Assembly (NCBI GenBank): GCA_965237675.1
Contig: OZ250150.1
Span: 384,001-448,000, forward strand
DNA from: Candidatus Latescibacterota bacterium
Lineage (GTDB): Bacteria; Latescibacterota; UBA2968; GCA-2709665
Reading direction: 5' to 3'
Length of the DNA: 64,000 nucleotides
The translations under genes and the position numbers were made by a program. Within the stretch, counting starts at the first letter, position 1. Each line of letters begins with the position of its first letter. Shown here piece after piece: positions 1-9,533 of this stretch. The notes below the pieces were generated by a model. The model was not told the DNA's origin. It was given only the letters and a program-made list of their open reading frames with translations, and did not search any database.

Positions 1-341
1 AGGTAAATGGACATTCGACAGCGACATTCTCCCCCGTTTCTTCGGCCTTTCGGATGGCGTCGGCCACGGCCACGGCGGCGACCATGTCGTCTCCCAGGGG
101 ATGCGGCCGGCCCGTGCGGACCATTTCTTTGACGTGTTCGAGGATCACAGCAGACCCCTCGCAGGCATTGAAGTCGTTGAGAACCAGGCCCTGGATGGCG
201 CCCTCGGGGCCGAATACGTGAGTGAACATCTCCGTGAAGCGGAAGTTGGAGACGCAGGGGATCGTGCTGGTCCATCTGCGCGCCGAACCACATCCCATGC
301 ATATCGCAGCGAATAATCCCCGTGCGGATCTTATCTGACAA
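1..341 (-). pseudogene. Gfo/Idh/MocA-type oxidoreductase remnant with large internal deletion
   Basis: Manual translation: TTG at 341 gives MSDKIRTGIIRCDMHGMWFGAQMDQHDPLRL (Rossmann-like start). A different frame from ~257 gives CVSNFRFTEMFTHVFGPEG...DMVAAVAVADAIRKAEETGENVAVECPFT, a typical Gfo/Idh/MocA C-terminal helix. Confidence 0.55.
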
Positions 342-467
342 GGGAAAAAAGCCTTTCGTCTATGGAACCCAAATTACAATGGAAACAGACGGTAGCAGAC
401 CGGACTCAATGGGATTTCAGAATGCCTGGAGCAAAGTGACAACCTCAGAGCAAAAGAATGGTCCGTG

Positions 468-836
468 CTATAGCTCCAATGCGTCAGCCGTCCGAATGAC
501 GAAATATTTCTTTACTGGCTGCGAGACGTGCCAGTGGGTCTTGAGTCCCGCCGGAAAGTGGACGGTATCGCCCGGCCCAAGTGAGTAGCTTTCGCCCCCG
601 TCTTCTTCAATGGTTACGCTGCCCTCGAAGATGTGGGCGAATTCGTCCCATCCGAAGGTCCATTCGAATTTCCCTTCGCTGCATTGCCAGTAACCGCTCG
701 AAACCTTCTTGTCGGCGCTCTGGGTAACGATGGTGCCGCGGGCCGTCGGATCGCCTTCATGAATCCAGTCGGGATCGATGGGCATGGCGGGCAGATCTTC
801 AGGCATGGCGGTGGTTTTTATCTTCAGCTGGTCCAT
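468..836 (-). CDS. cupin domain protein (DUF861/EutQ-like cupin_3)
   Basis: SGYWQCSEGKFEW..WDEFAHIFEG and GDTVHFPAG cupin motifs; AAGGAG RBS upstream. Confidence 0.85.
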   Translation of the reverse strand: MDQLKIKTTAMPEDLPAMPIDPDWIHEGDPTARGTIVTQSADKKVSSGYWQCSEGKFEWTFGWDEFAHIFEGSVTIEEDGGESYSLGPGDTVHFPAGLKTHWHVSQPVKKYFVIRTADALEL

Positions 837-1039
837 GTTGCGCTCCTTGTCTGTGGTATCGTCAGGTGGTCAATTCCGGGGATCATTCAAGACCCTGCTC
901 CCTGTCACTGCCGCGCCGCAATCAGGGGGACGCGGTTTTCTCGCATGATCGGCATGGTCGTTCCAGGTGTCAACAGGATTGTCTTCAGGTTTTGGAAAAC
1001 ACCGGACCGGTTTCCGCCGACCGCCGGAGCGCGATGCAC

Positions 1040-2050
1040 CTACAACGCCAGGATTTCCTCCCAGCAGCCTTCTGCGACCGGGACGCCCAACTCGAGGTTC
1101 TCCTCTCGGGTCCGGAACATCCGCTCGCCGGGATACGACACGGGCTCGCTGCCGTCGAGCGATTCGGCGGCGTGAAAGTCGCCCAGCGTCTGATCCACCA
1201 ATTCGCGCATCCGGTCTCCGGCCACAGCGGCGGCATGGATAGCAAAAAAGACCTGGGAGACACCGTATTCGGCCTCCTCCTGAGCGATCTGAAACGTGGA
1301 ACGGCCCCCCGACAGCAGCGAGGCAACCAGATCCAGCGACATCGCGAGTCCGATCCCTTTCCAGTGACCGATGGGCAGCGGACGGCGAGCAGCCTGGATG
1401 GCGCCGGGGTCGTATGACAGGTTTCCGCTGTTGTCGTATCCCCCGGGGACCGGGAGTCGCCGGTTGGCTTTGCGATATACGTCGAGTTTGCCGTCGGAGT
1501 ACTGGCTCATCGCCATGTCCAGAAGAAAATGACGGCCTTCCGGGCGGGGAATGGAGAAAACCAGGGGATTGTTGCCCACCTTGCGTTCGGCGGAACCGAA
1601 CGGGGGGATAAGCTGGGTGGTATTGGTCCAGCAGATGCCGATACAGCCCGCGTCAGCAGCCCTCAGGCCGTAGGTTCCGGCCCGCATCCAGTGGTTGGTG
1701 TTTCTGAGGGTCACACAGCCGAGACCGTGTTCTTTTGCGACTTCAACGGCGCGGTCCATGCACACGCAGGCGTTGAGGATACCGGGGCCCAGTTTTCCGT
1801 CCCACTGTTCCAGCACGCCGAAGCCAGCCGCTTTTTCGGGTTCGGCGCGGAGGTCCATGCCCTTGCCGGAAGGGGCGTGCCTGGCAAATGCCGGGAACCG
1901 GTTGACGCCGTGGGAATAGACGCCGTCGCGGGTGGTTTCGGCGAAAATTCTCGCGCAACGTTCGGCGCGTTCGGTCGTGAAGCCGACTTTGAGCAGAACG
2001 CGGTTCAGTTCCGCCACCATCGCGTCAAATTGGATACGGCGCATTTCCAT
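1040..2050 (-). CDS. dlgD: 3-dehydro-L-gulonate 2-dehydrogenase (2,3-diketo-L-gulonate reductase, Ldh_2 family)
   Basis: YiaK-like motifs SHGVNRFP, NTNHWMRAGTYG, ICWTNT, GNNPL, DMAMSQYS, PIGHWKG. Confidence 0.8.
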   Translation of the reverse strand: MEMRRIQFDAMVAELNRVLLKVGFTTERAERCARIFAETTRDGVYSHGVNRFPAFARHAPSGKGMDLRAEPEKAAGFGVLEQWDGKLGPGILNACVCMDRAVEVAKEHGLGCVTLRNTNHWMRAGTYGLRAADAGCIGICWTNTTQLIPPFGSAERKVGNNPLVFSIPRPEGRHFLLDMAMSQYSDGKLDVYRKANRRLPVPGGYDNSGNLSYDPGAIQAARRPLPIGHWKGIGLAMSLDLVASLLSGGRSTFQIAQEEAEYGVSQVFFAIHAAAVAGDRMRELVDQTLGDFHAAESLDGSEPVSYPGERMFRTREENLELGVPVAEGCWEEILAL

Positions 2051-2057
2051 CGTGCCA

Positions 2058-2433
2058 TTAACCTTGATTCGTAATTATTCGGGGACCTAAATATCGAATA
2101 TACACAGAAGAACAAAGGCGAATTGATGTCGAAGTTCCAGGATGCTTGAGGTCACTGGACCTGAACGGAAAATTCATCCATTTGAACGACCTCAATACCC
2201 CGTTTCTGAAGTTTTCGCCCGCGGTGTTGCCTCGCTGTATTTTTCGAATTGAGGCTAATTGCCACAAAAGGCACAAAAACAGCTATCCTGTTACAGGGCG
2301 TATAGCCGAGAGTCAACGAAATAACTGCAGGATCACGGAGTTGCGACACACGCCGTTTCGCACCGATACCTTCTGTGCCTTTTGTGCTTTTTGTGGCCAA
2401 TTTAGCGGTTATCTTTTTTCGAATTGAGGTTAA
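2058..2433. mobile_element. non-autonomous MITE-like element (family A), copy 1
   Basis: Ends TTAACCTTGATTCG ... CGAATTGAGGTTAA are inverted repeats; homologous to 47719-47940; extra internal right end at ~2240-2258; GCCACAAAAGGCACAAAA / TTTTGTGCTTTTTGTGGC inverted pair inside. Confidence 0.7.
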
Positions 2434-2837
2434 TCCCTCTCGGTGTAACCCAGGACAACGAGCAGGCATGGACCGCCCGAGACGACCGCAATGCCGGCGT
2501 CTTGAGCATCTTCAACGGCTTTTTGGCTCTCGGCGCCGGGCTGCATCCAGATGTACTCAATGCCGGCGTCCGCTGCTTGCGTGACAATCCCTTCCGTAAC
2601 TTCGGGCGGTGTGATAACGGAAATACGCGCCACCGGTTCGGGCAGCGCGGCGAGATTGGGAAAGGCTTTATGACCTTCGATTTCATCGGAATCCGGATTG
2701 ATTGGAAACACTTTCAGGTCGTGCTGCATATAACATCGCAGGACCTTGTTGCCGTACTTTGAACGGTCGGTTGAAGCGCCGACGACGGCATAGGGACCGG
2801 TCTGCAGAAATGCGTCGATCTTCTCATCGAGTGTCAC
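2430..2837 (-). CDS. CoA-binding protein (YccU-like)
   Basis: AVVGAS.DRSKYG, PINP, WMQPGAES, GPCLLV motifs. Confidence 0.9.
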   Translation of the reverse strand: MTLDEKIDAFLQTGPYAVVGASTDRSKYGNKVLRCYMQHDLKVFPINPDSDEIEGHKAFPNLAALPEPVARISVITPPEVTEGIVTQAADAGIEYIWMQPGAESQKAVEDAQDAGIAVVSGGPCLLVVLGYTERD

Positions 2838-2872
2838 GGGCGTTCTCCCCGGCGGTGTGGATTCGTGAATGG

Positions 2873-3325
2873 CTAAATATCCTCATATCGCGGCAGGTGG
2901 TCCAGGAAGCAGTAGCTTCGTCGTTTGCGGTCGAGGACGTAACAGTAATGGGTGATGCCATTTGTCACCACCAGATAATTCGTTCCGACAGACGTGTTGT
3001 ATCGGGCGATCTGATCGAACACGTCCTGTTTGATTTTCACGTCGGGCGCCTTGCATTCGGCCATGAGAACGGGTTCTCCCCTGCTGTTGTAGACAATGAC
3101 GTCAGCGCGGTGTTGGATGCCCCCATGCGTAATGCCCGATTCGACAGCGGTTCGGCCCGCGGGAAATCCCAGATCCTTGACAAGGTGCTGCACGAGGTTC
3201 TGGCGAACCCATTCCTCGGGCGTGAGTCGCACATATTTCCGGCGAAGCGGATCGAAAATCGTCCTCTTGCCGCCGGTGGCGCGAATGTCAAAGTCATACC
3301 GCCGGGGAAAATTCAGACGTTGCAT
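2873..3325 (-). CDS. stand-alone type I restriction enzyme R N-terminal domain protein (HSDR_N_2)
   Basis: IFDPLRRKYVRLTPEEWVRQ, RADV, ECKAP, QIARYN, VTNG; start placed at ATG 3325. Confidence 0.85.
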   Translation of the reverse strand: MQRLNFPRRYDFDIRATGGKRTIFDPLRRKYVRLTPEEWVRQNLVQHLVKDLGFPAGRTAVESGITHGGIQHRADVIVYNSRGEPVLMAECKAPDVKIKQDVFDQIARYNTSVGTNYLVVTNGITHYCYVLDRKRRSYCFLDHLPRYEDI

Positions 3326-3436
3326 GGAAATCCGAAAGTAAGCAATAACGCCCTGGCGTAAAACACTCGAATTGCGTGTTGTCAATGGATTCGAGTCGAA
3401 TCCCGGCAGATCGCAAGCCGTCCGGGAAGGGTTCCT

Positions 3437-4597
3437 TCAGCGAGCGAGCCAGAGTTCGGGTTGTTCAATGTGGTGGCGAATCGTGTCCAGGAACCGGGCG
3501 GCAGGGGCCCCGTCGACGATGCGGTGGTCGAAGGTGAGACTCAGAGCGACCATGTCCCGGGGTACAACCCGGCCTTCGTGTACCGCCGGTTTGGAGACGA
3601 TCCGGCCCACGCCCAGAATGGCGCACTGCGGCAGGTTGATGATGGGGGTAAAGGTGTCGATTCCGTACGCGCCCAGGTTTGTGACGGTAAACGTGCCGCC
3701 GCGAAGATGCTCCGGATTGAGGTCTCCCTGCTTCGCCTTCTGCACCAATTCCGCGGTTTCGCCGGCGAGCGTTTCCAGGTCTTTGTGAATAACGTCCCTG
3801 ACGACAGGGACCAGAAGCCCGGTGGGGGCGTCTACGGCAATCCCGATGTGGATCCCGTCGTGTACGACGAGGGCTGCATCCTCCCAGGATGTATTCATAA
3901 CGGGATGGTCGGCCAGGGCGAATGCCGTCAGTTTCAGGATCACGTCGTTGTATGTCAGGAAGGGGATGTTGAGTTTGGCGCGCAACGCCACGAGTCCGGT
4001 GGCGTCCGCTTCGGTGGTGAGCGTTACGGGCGCGGTTGTGGCGTGACTCTCCGTCAGGCGCCGCGCAATGACCCGCCGGACAGAAATTTCGGCTTTGTCT
4101 CGGGATTTCGTCGAGGTCGCGGCCCGGACGTCGCGTTCGACAATGCGGCCATTTCGACCGCTGCCCTGGAGCGTATTCCAATCGACACCCAGTTCGTTCG
4201 CCAGGCGGAGCGCCCGGGGGCTGATCGGGGGTCGATTTTTCCTGGCTTGCGTACGATCGGCGCGAGGTTGGGGTGGGGCGGCTTGTTGGAGTCCGGCTTC
4301 CGATTCCTGTTCGTTTTCGGGCCTGGCGTGTGTCTCGGCGGGAGGTTGTTCGCCCGGCTCCAGAAGGAAGCCCAGCAACGTGCCGATGGGTACGGTGTCG
4401 CCCGGTTGGGGCGTGTCGGGCGGGATGAACAGGGTGCCGCTGTCGAAGGACTCGATTTCATTTATCGCTTTGTCGCTTTCAACGGTAAAGATGATTTCTC
4501 CCGATTCAATCGTATCCCCGTTCTGCTTGAGCCACTCGACGAGGGTGCCTTCCTCCATGGTCCATCCCAGACGGGGCATGACGATTTCAATGGGCAT
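3437..4597 (-). CDS. dihydrolipoamide acyltransferase (E2) of 2-oxoacid/acetoin dehydrogenase
   Basis: Lipoyl domain VESDKA, E3-binding ISPRA...GSGRNGRI, catalytic FDHRIVDG; start ATG 4597. Confidence 0.92.
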   Translation of the reverse strand: MPIEIVMPRLGWTMEEGTLVEWLKQNGDTIESGEIIFTVESDKAINEIESFDSGTLFIPPDTPQPGDTVPIGTLLGFLLEPGEQPPAETHARPENEQESEAGLQQAAPPQPRADRTQARKNRPPISPRALRLANELGVDWNTLQGSGRNGRIVERDVRAATSTKSRDKAEISVRRVIARRLTESHATTAPVTLTTEADATGLVALRAKLNIPFLTYNDVILKLTAFALADHPVMNTSWEDAALVVHDGIHIGIAVDAPTGLLVPVVRDVIHKDLETLAGETAELVQKAKQGDLNPEHLRGGTFTVTNLGAYGIDTFTPIINLPQCAILGVGRIVSKPAVHEGRVVPRDMVALSLTFDHRIVDGAPAARFLDTIRHHIEQPELWLAR

Positions 4598-4744
4598 GGG
4601 AATCGACCTTCCGAAGACGTTAAGGAAACGAGCGGGAAGAGGTTGGCGCATTTCTGCTTCGGTGCATCCCTTCTCGCTAGGTTGTTTACGCCGCCTGCGT
4701 TGCCTGCGCTGCATTTTTCGAAGCCTTCCGGTCGAAACGCGCAT

Positions 4745-4890
4745 GCCGAAACGTGGTCATTGAGCTTGTCGAAATGCCCGCGTTTCGCTACCCCTCGGCG
4801 GCCTCAGGGGAACGGCTCAGGGTGCACCGTTTGGCGCTCTTCACTGCCTTTCGCCGACCCTTCGACAAACTCAGGGAGCGGCTCAGGTCG
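4745..4890. repeat. intergenic REP-like repeat (TGAGCTTGTCGAA / TTCGACA(A/G)GCTCAG family)
   Basis: About 50 bp identical to 56994-57043; related copies at 25260-25350 and 43350-43576. Confidence 0.8.
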
Positions 4891-4938
4891 TAGGTGCCTT
4901 TTTAGCCGGGCGACTCGTCGCCTTCCTCGCCGCCGCGA

Positions 4939-5916
4939 CTATTCCTCCATCAGGTCGCGGATGGCCTGCAAAATGGTTTCCGGTTGAGGTGTGCAGGCCG
5001 CCTCCAACGGGGCGCTGTACGGCGTAGGTGCATGCGCGCCGTTGAGGCGGCCTATCGGCGCGTCAAGGTCGTCGAACGCCAGACTCTGAATCTGAGCGGC
5101 GATTTCAGCGCCGATGCCGCAGGGACCGAAGGCCTCGTCCACAATCAGAACGCGGCCGGTTTTTTGCACGGATTCCAGAATTGTATCCATGTCCAACGGC
5201 GCCACCGTGCGCGGGTCGATGAGTTCAACGGAGATGCCCTCCGCGGCGAGTGGGTCGCAGAGTTTCCATGTAACGGGAACCATGTTGGCAAACGCGATAA
5301 CGGTGAGGTCCCTGCCCTCGCGGCGGACCTCGGCCTGCCCGAACGGGATGGCGTATTCCGTTTCCGGTACGGGACCCCTGTGGTTGAGGATGGACTTGTG
5401 TTCCAGGAAGAGAACGGGATCATGTCCCTCCAGGGCGGTTTTGAACAGGCCCTTGGCATCGTACGGCGTGGCGGGCAAGGCCACGCGGAAACCGGGCAGA
5501 TGAGCGAAAATGGGATAGTAATTTCCGGAATGGTGGGTGGCGGCGGCGCCCCCGATGCCGATGCAGCCTCGGAGAATAACGGGCATGGAAAGGCGGCCGC
5601 TGCTCATGTATTGCATTTTGGCGACCTGGTTGACCATCTCGCCGAAGCCGTCCAGGATGAAGTCGATAAACATGAAATCGACCACGGGCCGCGCGCCGGC
5701 CATGGCCGCGCCCGTGCAAAGGCCGATGAATCCGCGCTCGCAAATCGGGGTATCGCACACGCGCATGGGACCGTAGAGGTCGTAAAGTCCGGTGGTGGTG
5801 TTGAAGTTGCCGCCGCGTTTGCCGACGCCCTCGCCGACGACGAAGATGGTCGGGTCCGCCGCCATGGCTTCGGACAGGGCTTCGCGGGCGGCTTCCGTAA
5901 AAGTGATTTCACGCAT
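4939..5916 (-). CDS. 2-oxoacid/acetoin dehydrogenase E1 beta subunit
   Basis: DTPICE, ATHHS, ELIDPRT transketolase-like motifs. Confidence 0.92.
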   Translation of the reverse strand: MREITFTEAAREALSEAMAADPTIFVVGEGVGKRGGNFNTTTGLYDLYGPMRVCDTPICERGFIGLCTGAAMAGARPVVDFMFIDFILDGFGEMVNQVAKMQYMSSGRLSMPVILRGCIGIGGAAATHHSGNYYPIFAHLPGFRVALPATPYDAKGLFKTALEGHDPVLFLEHKSILNHRGPVPETEYAIPFGQAEVRREGRDLTVIAFANMVPVTWKLCDPLAAEGISVELIDPRTVAPLDMDTILESVQKTGRVLIVDEAFGPCGIGAEIAAQIQSLAFDDLDAPIGRLNGAHAPTPYSAPLEAACTPQPETILQAIRDLMEE

Positions 5917-5927
5917 GGGTTCGCTTC

Positions 5928-6899
5928 CTATCCACTGAAGACGTAGTCCGTAACCGTGGCGGGATCCGGCCAGGGGCTTTTCCTGGCAAACTCGACGCCC
6001 GCTTCAACGGCTTCTCGGATTTCCCGCTCGATCCGTTGAAGTCCTTCGGCGTTGACAATGTCTTGATCGAGCAGTTTGTCCGCCAGCCGAGCGATGGGGT
6101 CCCGGGTTTTCCACGCGTCGACTTCGTCCCTTGTGCGGTAACCGGTATCTTGCATGCCCTCGGCGTGAGGACGGGTTCGGTAGGTTTTGCAATCCAACAG
6201 TGTGGGGCCGCCTCCCTCCCTCGCGCGAACCACGGCCTCGCCCGCTTTCTTGTTGACGTCGATGACGTCATTGCCGTCAACCGCAACGCCGGTTACGCCA
6301 TAACCCTCCGCGCGCTGGGCGATATTCGTATTGCGGGTGGCGTATTCAAAAGCGACTTCGGTGGCGTATCGATTGTCTTCCAGGACGAATAGGACGGGCA
6401 GTTGCCAGATGGCGGCCATGTTCAGGCCTTCGTGAAAGGCGCCGTTGTTGACGCCGCCGTCGCCAAAAAAGGCCACGCTGACCCGATCGGTTTGGAGCAT
6501 CCTGAACGTGTAGGCGGCCCCGGCAGCCTGAAGAATGCTGGGGCCCACGATGCCGCTGGTGCCCATCAGGCCGATTTCCGGCGAGAAAAGGTGCATGCTG
6601 CCGCCTCGGCCACGGGCGCACCCCGTGGATTTGCCGAAGAGTTCCGCGATGAGTTCCCCTATGGGCACGCCTTTGGCGAGCGCGTGGCCGTGGCCACGAT
6701 GGGTGCTGAAGATCGTGTCCTCGGTGCGCAGGTGGGCGCAGACCCCCGTTGCGATCGCCTCCTCGCCGACGTACGTGTGGCACGCGCCGGGGATGAGTCC
6801 GGCCTGGTATGACCTGGCAATCTGCTCCTCGGTGCGCCGGATCGTGAGCATCTGCCGGTAAAGGGAGAGGAGCAATTCAGGCCCCTGATTGGCTGACAT
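5928..6899 (-). CDS. 2-oxoacid/acetoin dehydrogenase E1 alpha subunit (TPP-dependent)
   Basis: HRGHGH, GRGGSMH, TPP motif FGDG...EDN, TYR..H. Confidence 0.92.
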   Translation of the reverse strand: MSANQGPELLLSLYRQMLTIRRTEEQIARSYQAGLIPGACHTYVGEEAIATGVCAHLRTEDTIFSTHRGHGHALAKGVPIGELIAELFGKSTGCARGRGGSMHLFSPEIGLMGTSGIVGPSILQAAGAAYTFRMLQTDRVSVAFFGDGGVNNGAFHEGLNMAAIWQLPVLFVLEDNRYATEVAFEYATRNTNIAQRAEGYGVTGVAVDGNDVIDVNKKAGEAVVRAREGGGPTLLDCKTYRTRPHAEGMQDTGYRTRDEVDAWKTRDPIARLADKLLDQDIVNAEGLQRIEREIREAVEAGVEFARKSPWPDPATVTDYVFSG

Positions 6900-6945
6900 G
6901 GAGTTCCCCTGCTTGGTAGATGGGCGTAACGGGGCCGGACCCTGG

Positions 6946-7758
6946 CTATCCGCTGGCGATCGGGCCCCCGGGATAGGTGCCGCCCGCGTTCATCGCCAGG
7001 TTGCCGCCGTCCATCGGCAACAACACGCCGGTGATCCACGCGGACGCATCGGAGGCGAGGAAGATGGCAACGCCAACGATATCCTTCGGCTCTCCAAATC
7101 GGCCGGCGGGAATGCCGCCCAGCCATGTGTCGGCCATTCGGGGCTCGGCCCGCAGGCGTTTTTCCAGGAATTCATTCATGACCTGCGCGGGCAGGATGGC
7201 GTTCACACGCACCCCCCGGCCGCTCCACTCCGTGCTGAGTTCCCGCGTCATCTGCGCCACGGCGCCCATGCCAACGCTATACGCGATATGGCCACGGCCG
7301 ATAGCGGAGACGCTGGCCAGAGAGCCGATGTTGATAATGCTGCCCTTGCCAGCCGCGAGCATGCGCCTGCCCCCTTCCTGGCAGCAGCAGAAGCGGCCGA
7401 TGACGAGGGACTGCAGGCTCTGTTGAAGCTCGTCCATCGTGAGATCCTCCGGTCTTCTCACCATGGTTGCACCGGCAACGTTTCCCAGGACGTGAATGCG
7501 GCCGAATTCCTTGTCAAGGCGTTCGAACAGAGCGCGGACCTGGTCGGTATCGGAAACGTCGCACCGCACGGGGATGGCGCGTCGGCCCAGAGATTCGATC
7601 TTGTGTGCGGTTTCCTGCACACCGGGTTCATCGATGTCGGCCAGCATGAGGTCCGCGCCGGCTTCTGCAAAGCCGATGGCCATGGCTTTGCCCATACCCC
7701 TCGCAGCGCCCGAGACAAGCGCGACTCGGCCTTCGAGGTCAAAGATCGGATGAGACAT
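6946..7758 (-). CDS. SDR family oxidoreductase
   Basis: SGAARGMG, NVAG, IINIGS; catalytic segment reads YSVGM (Lys of YxxxK replaced). Confidence 0.88.
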   Translation of the reverse strand: MSHPIFDLEGRVALVSGAARGMGKAMAIGFAEAGADLMLADIDEPGVQETAHKIESLGRRAIPVRCDVSDTDQVRALFERLDKEFGRIHVLGNVAGATMVRRPEDLTMDELQQSLQSLVIGRFCCCQEGGRRMLAAGKGSIINIGSLASVSAIGRGHIAYSVGMGAVAQMTRELSTEWSGRGVRVNAILPAQVMNEFLEKRLRAEPRMADTWLGGIPAGRFGEPKDIVGVAIFLASDASAWITGVLLPMDGGNLAMNAGGTYPGGPIASG

Positions 7759-7820
7759 GGTCGATCTCCCTATGTGGGCCGCAAGGCGCGGCTTCCCGGC
7801 CCGATCCTGTTTCGGATCCG

Positions 7821-8186
7821 CTACTCGCCGAGGTATGCGACCGCGTCGATTTCGACGAGGATGCCCTTGAACATGTCGCCCGCTCCGACCAGACGCCTGG
7901 TGGGCATCCGGCCTCTGTTATTGAAATACCGCATGTAGGTGCGATTGAAATCGTCGCGGTCGGCCATGTCCAGTAGAAAGACGTTGACGCGGACGACGTC
8001 GTCGAAGGTGGCGCCCTCTTTTTGCAGGACATCCTTCATGTTGTCCATCGTCAAGATGGTTTGTTCCTCGATATTCCTGCCGACGACTTCGCCGCCTTCG
8101 ACGGGGCCGAAGCCGGAAAGGAAGAGCATATCGCCGGCGCGGCGGGCCATGGAATAAAAGGGCTCGGGGTTCTCCATATTGGCCAT
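7821..8186 (-). CDS. RidA/YjgF family enamine/imine deaminase
   Basis: FYSMARRAGDMLFLSG, PTR, LVEIDAVA; AGGAG RBS before ATG 8186. Confidence 0.88.
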   Translation of the reverse strand: MANMENPEPFYSMARRAGDMLFLSGFGPVEGGEVVGRNIEEQTILTMDNMKDVLQKEGATFDDVVRVNVFLLDMADRDDFNRTYMRYFNNRGRMPTRRLVGAGDMFKGILVEIDAVAYLGE

Positions 8187-8248
8187 GGGGTTAATCTCCT
8201 GAAGTTGCGCTCCCCGCTTCAATTCCGCGTGGAGTGCGTCGCGAGCCA

Positions 8249-9316
8249 CTAATGATCAAACAATGTGGGATCGTGTTCCTTCAGTGGATGGCGCGGTCGA
8301 ACGCCAGGGTTGACAATATTATCGGTATGGGGCCGGCGGCCGCTGAGAACCGAGACGAGGTTCTCCACGCCTGTGGTCGCCACCTCCTGGCTGGCCTGGA
8401 CGGACAGACCGGAGATATGCGGGGTGAGAATGACGTTATCAAGCCTTGTCAGCGCATGGTCCGGCGGAGACTCCTGTTCTCCGAAGATTTCTATGTCGTC
8501 AAAGGTGTCCAGAGCGGCGCCGGCCAGGTGCCCGCTCCGCAGCAGACCGGCGAGCGCACCTTCGTCCGTGATGGCGCCGCGGCAGGTATTGATGAAATAG
8601 GAACCGGGTTTCATTTTTTTCAGGTTGGACTCGTCCAGGAGCCGATAGGTATCCGCCGTGAGCGGCAGGTGCAGTGAGACAAAGTCCGACGTTTTTAAAA
8701 GCGTGTCCAGGTCCACCATTCGGACACCCAGGGCGTCGGCGTCGTCCCGCGGCGCCCGCAGGTTTTTCCGGGTGGCCTGGATGTCGAGGCCAAAGGGTCT
8801 TGCGCGTTTTACAACGGCCTTCGCCGAGGCGCCGAATCCGATCAGCCCCAGTGTGAGGCCCGATACGCGCCGGAGCCGGAGACCCTCGTCACGAGCCTGC
8901 TGGTAAGCGCCTGCGTAGAAATGCCGCGACATTTTCGGAATTTGCCGGGCAAGGCCGAGCAGGGAGGCCATTACGTGGTCGGCCATTTCTTCGTTGCAAA
9001 AGGAAGGGACATTTGAGACGAGAATGCCCTCATCGGTAGCGGTTCTGACGTCGATCTTGTCCGTGCCGTTGCCCAACCGGGAGATGATCCGGCATCTGGA
9101 CAGGCTCCTGATGACCGGTTCAGGAAGCGACGCTGAGACAACGGCAAGCGCGTCGCAATCCGCAACGCGGGCGACGATGTCGTCCGGTTCATAGGCGTCC
9201 ACCGGGATGGGCGCGATACCGTAGTGCCTGTAAAGCGATACCTCGGTCGGATTTATCGGTATAACGTCGGCATTGAGGCGGGCGAAGCGGACATCTTCAA
9301 AACCGGTCCCGGGCAT
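8249..9316 (-). CDS. D-isomer-specific 2-hydroxyacid dehydrogenase (CtBP/SerA-like)
   Basis: GNGTDKID, GLIGFG, SLHLPL, INTCRG, LTPHISG; start uncertain (9316-9376). Confidence 0.88.
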   Translation of the reverse strand: MPGTGFEDVRFARLNADVIPINPTEVSLYRHYGIAPIPVDAYEPDDIVARVADCDALAVVSASLPEPVIRSLSRCRIISRLGNGTDKIDVRTATDEGILVSNVPSFCNEEMADHVMASLLGLARQIPKMSRHFYAGAYQQARDEGLRLRRVSGLTLGLIGFGASAKAVVKRARPFGLDIQATRKNLRAPRDDADALGVRMVDLDTLLKTSDFVSLHLPLTADTYRLLDESNLKKMKPGSYFINTCRGAITDEGALAGLLRSGHLAGAALDTFDDIEIFGEQESPPDHALTRLDNVILTPHISGLSVQASQEVATTGVENLVSVLSGRRPHTDNIVNPGVRPRHPLKEHDPTLFDH

Positions 9317-9365
9317 AGGGTAAATTGACAACATTGAAAAGCAATCAGCCCTCATTGGAAAAAAA

Positions 9366-9533
9366 TCAGGCGGCATTTCGCAGGACGACGCAGATATTCC
9401 GGAGTTGTTTTCGGTGTGTTAGTTTTGTTGCATTCGCAGCGTAAGACGCCATTCGGGGCGCACGAGAAGGCCGACGCCTGTCTGCGCGCATGGCGAGCGA
9501 GTAGATATTGGTATCGATCAAGAATTCGTTCAC
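9366..9533 (-). pseudogene. vapC: truncated VapC (PIN domain) toxin
   Basis: GTG overlaps the antitoxin stop (GTGA); reads MNEFLIDTNIYSLAMR, then loses PIN similarity and stops after 55 aa. Confidence 0.7.

Noticed and set aside
860-950. Hairpin-rich leader upstream of the cupin gene considered as a riboswitch
   Set aside because: No match to aptamer consensus motifs I can recognise
2873-3325. Possible restriction-modification system
   Set aside because: Only a solo HsdR N-terminal domain; no hsdM, hsdS or helicase nearby
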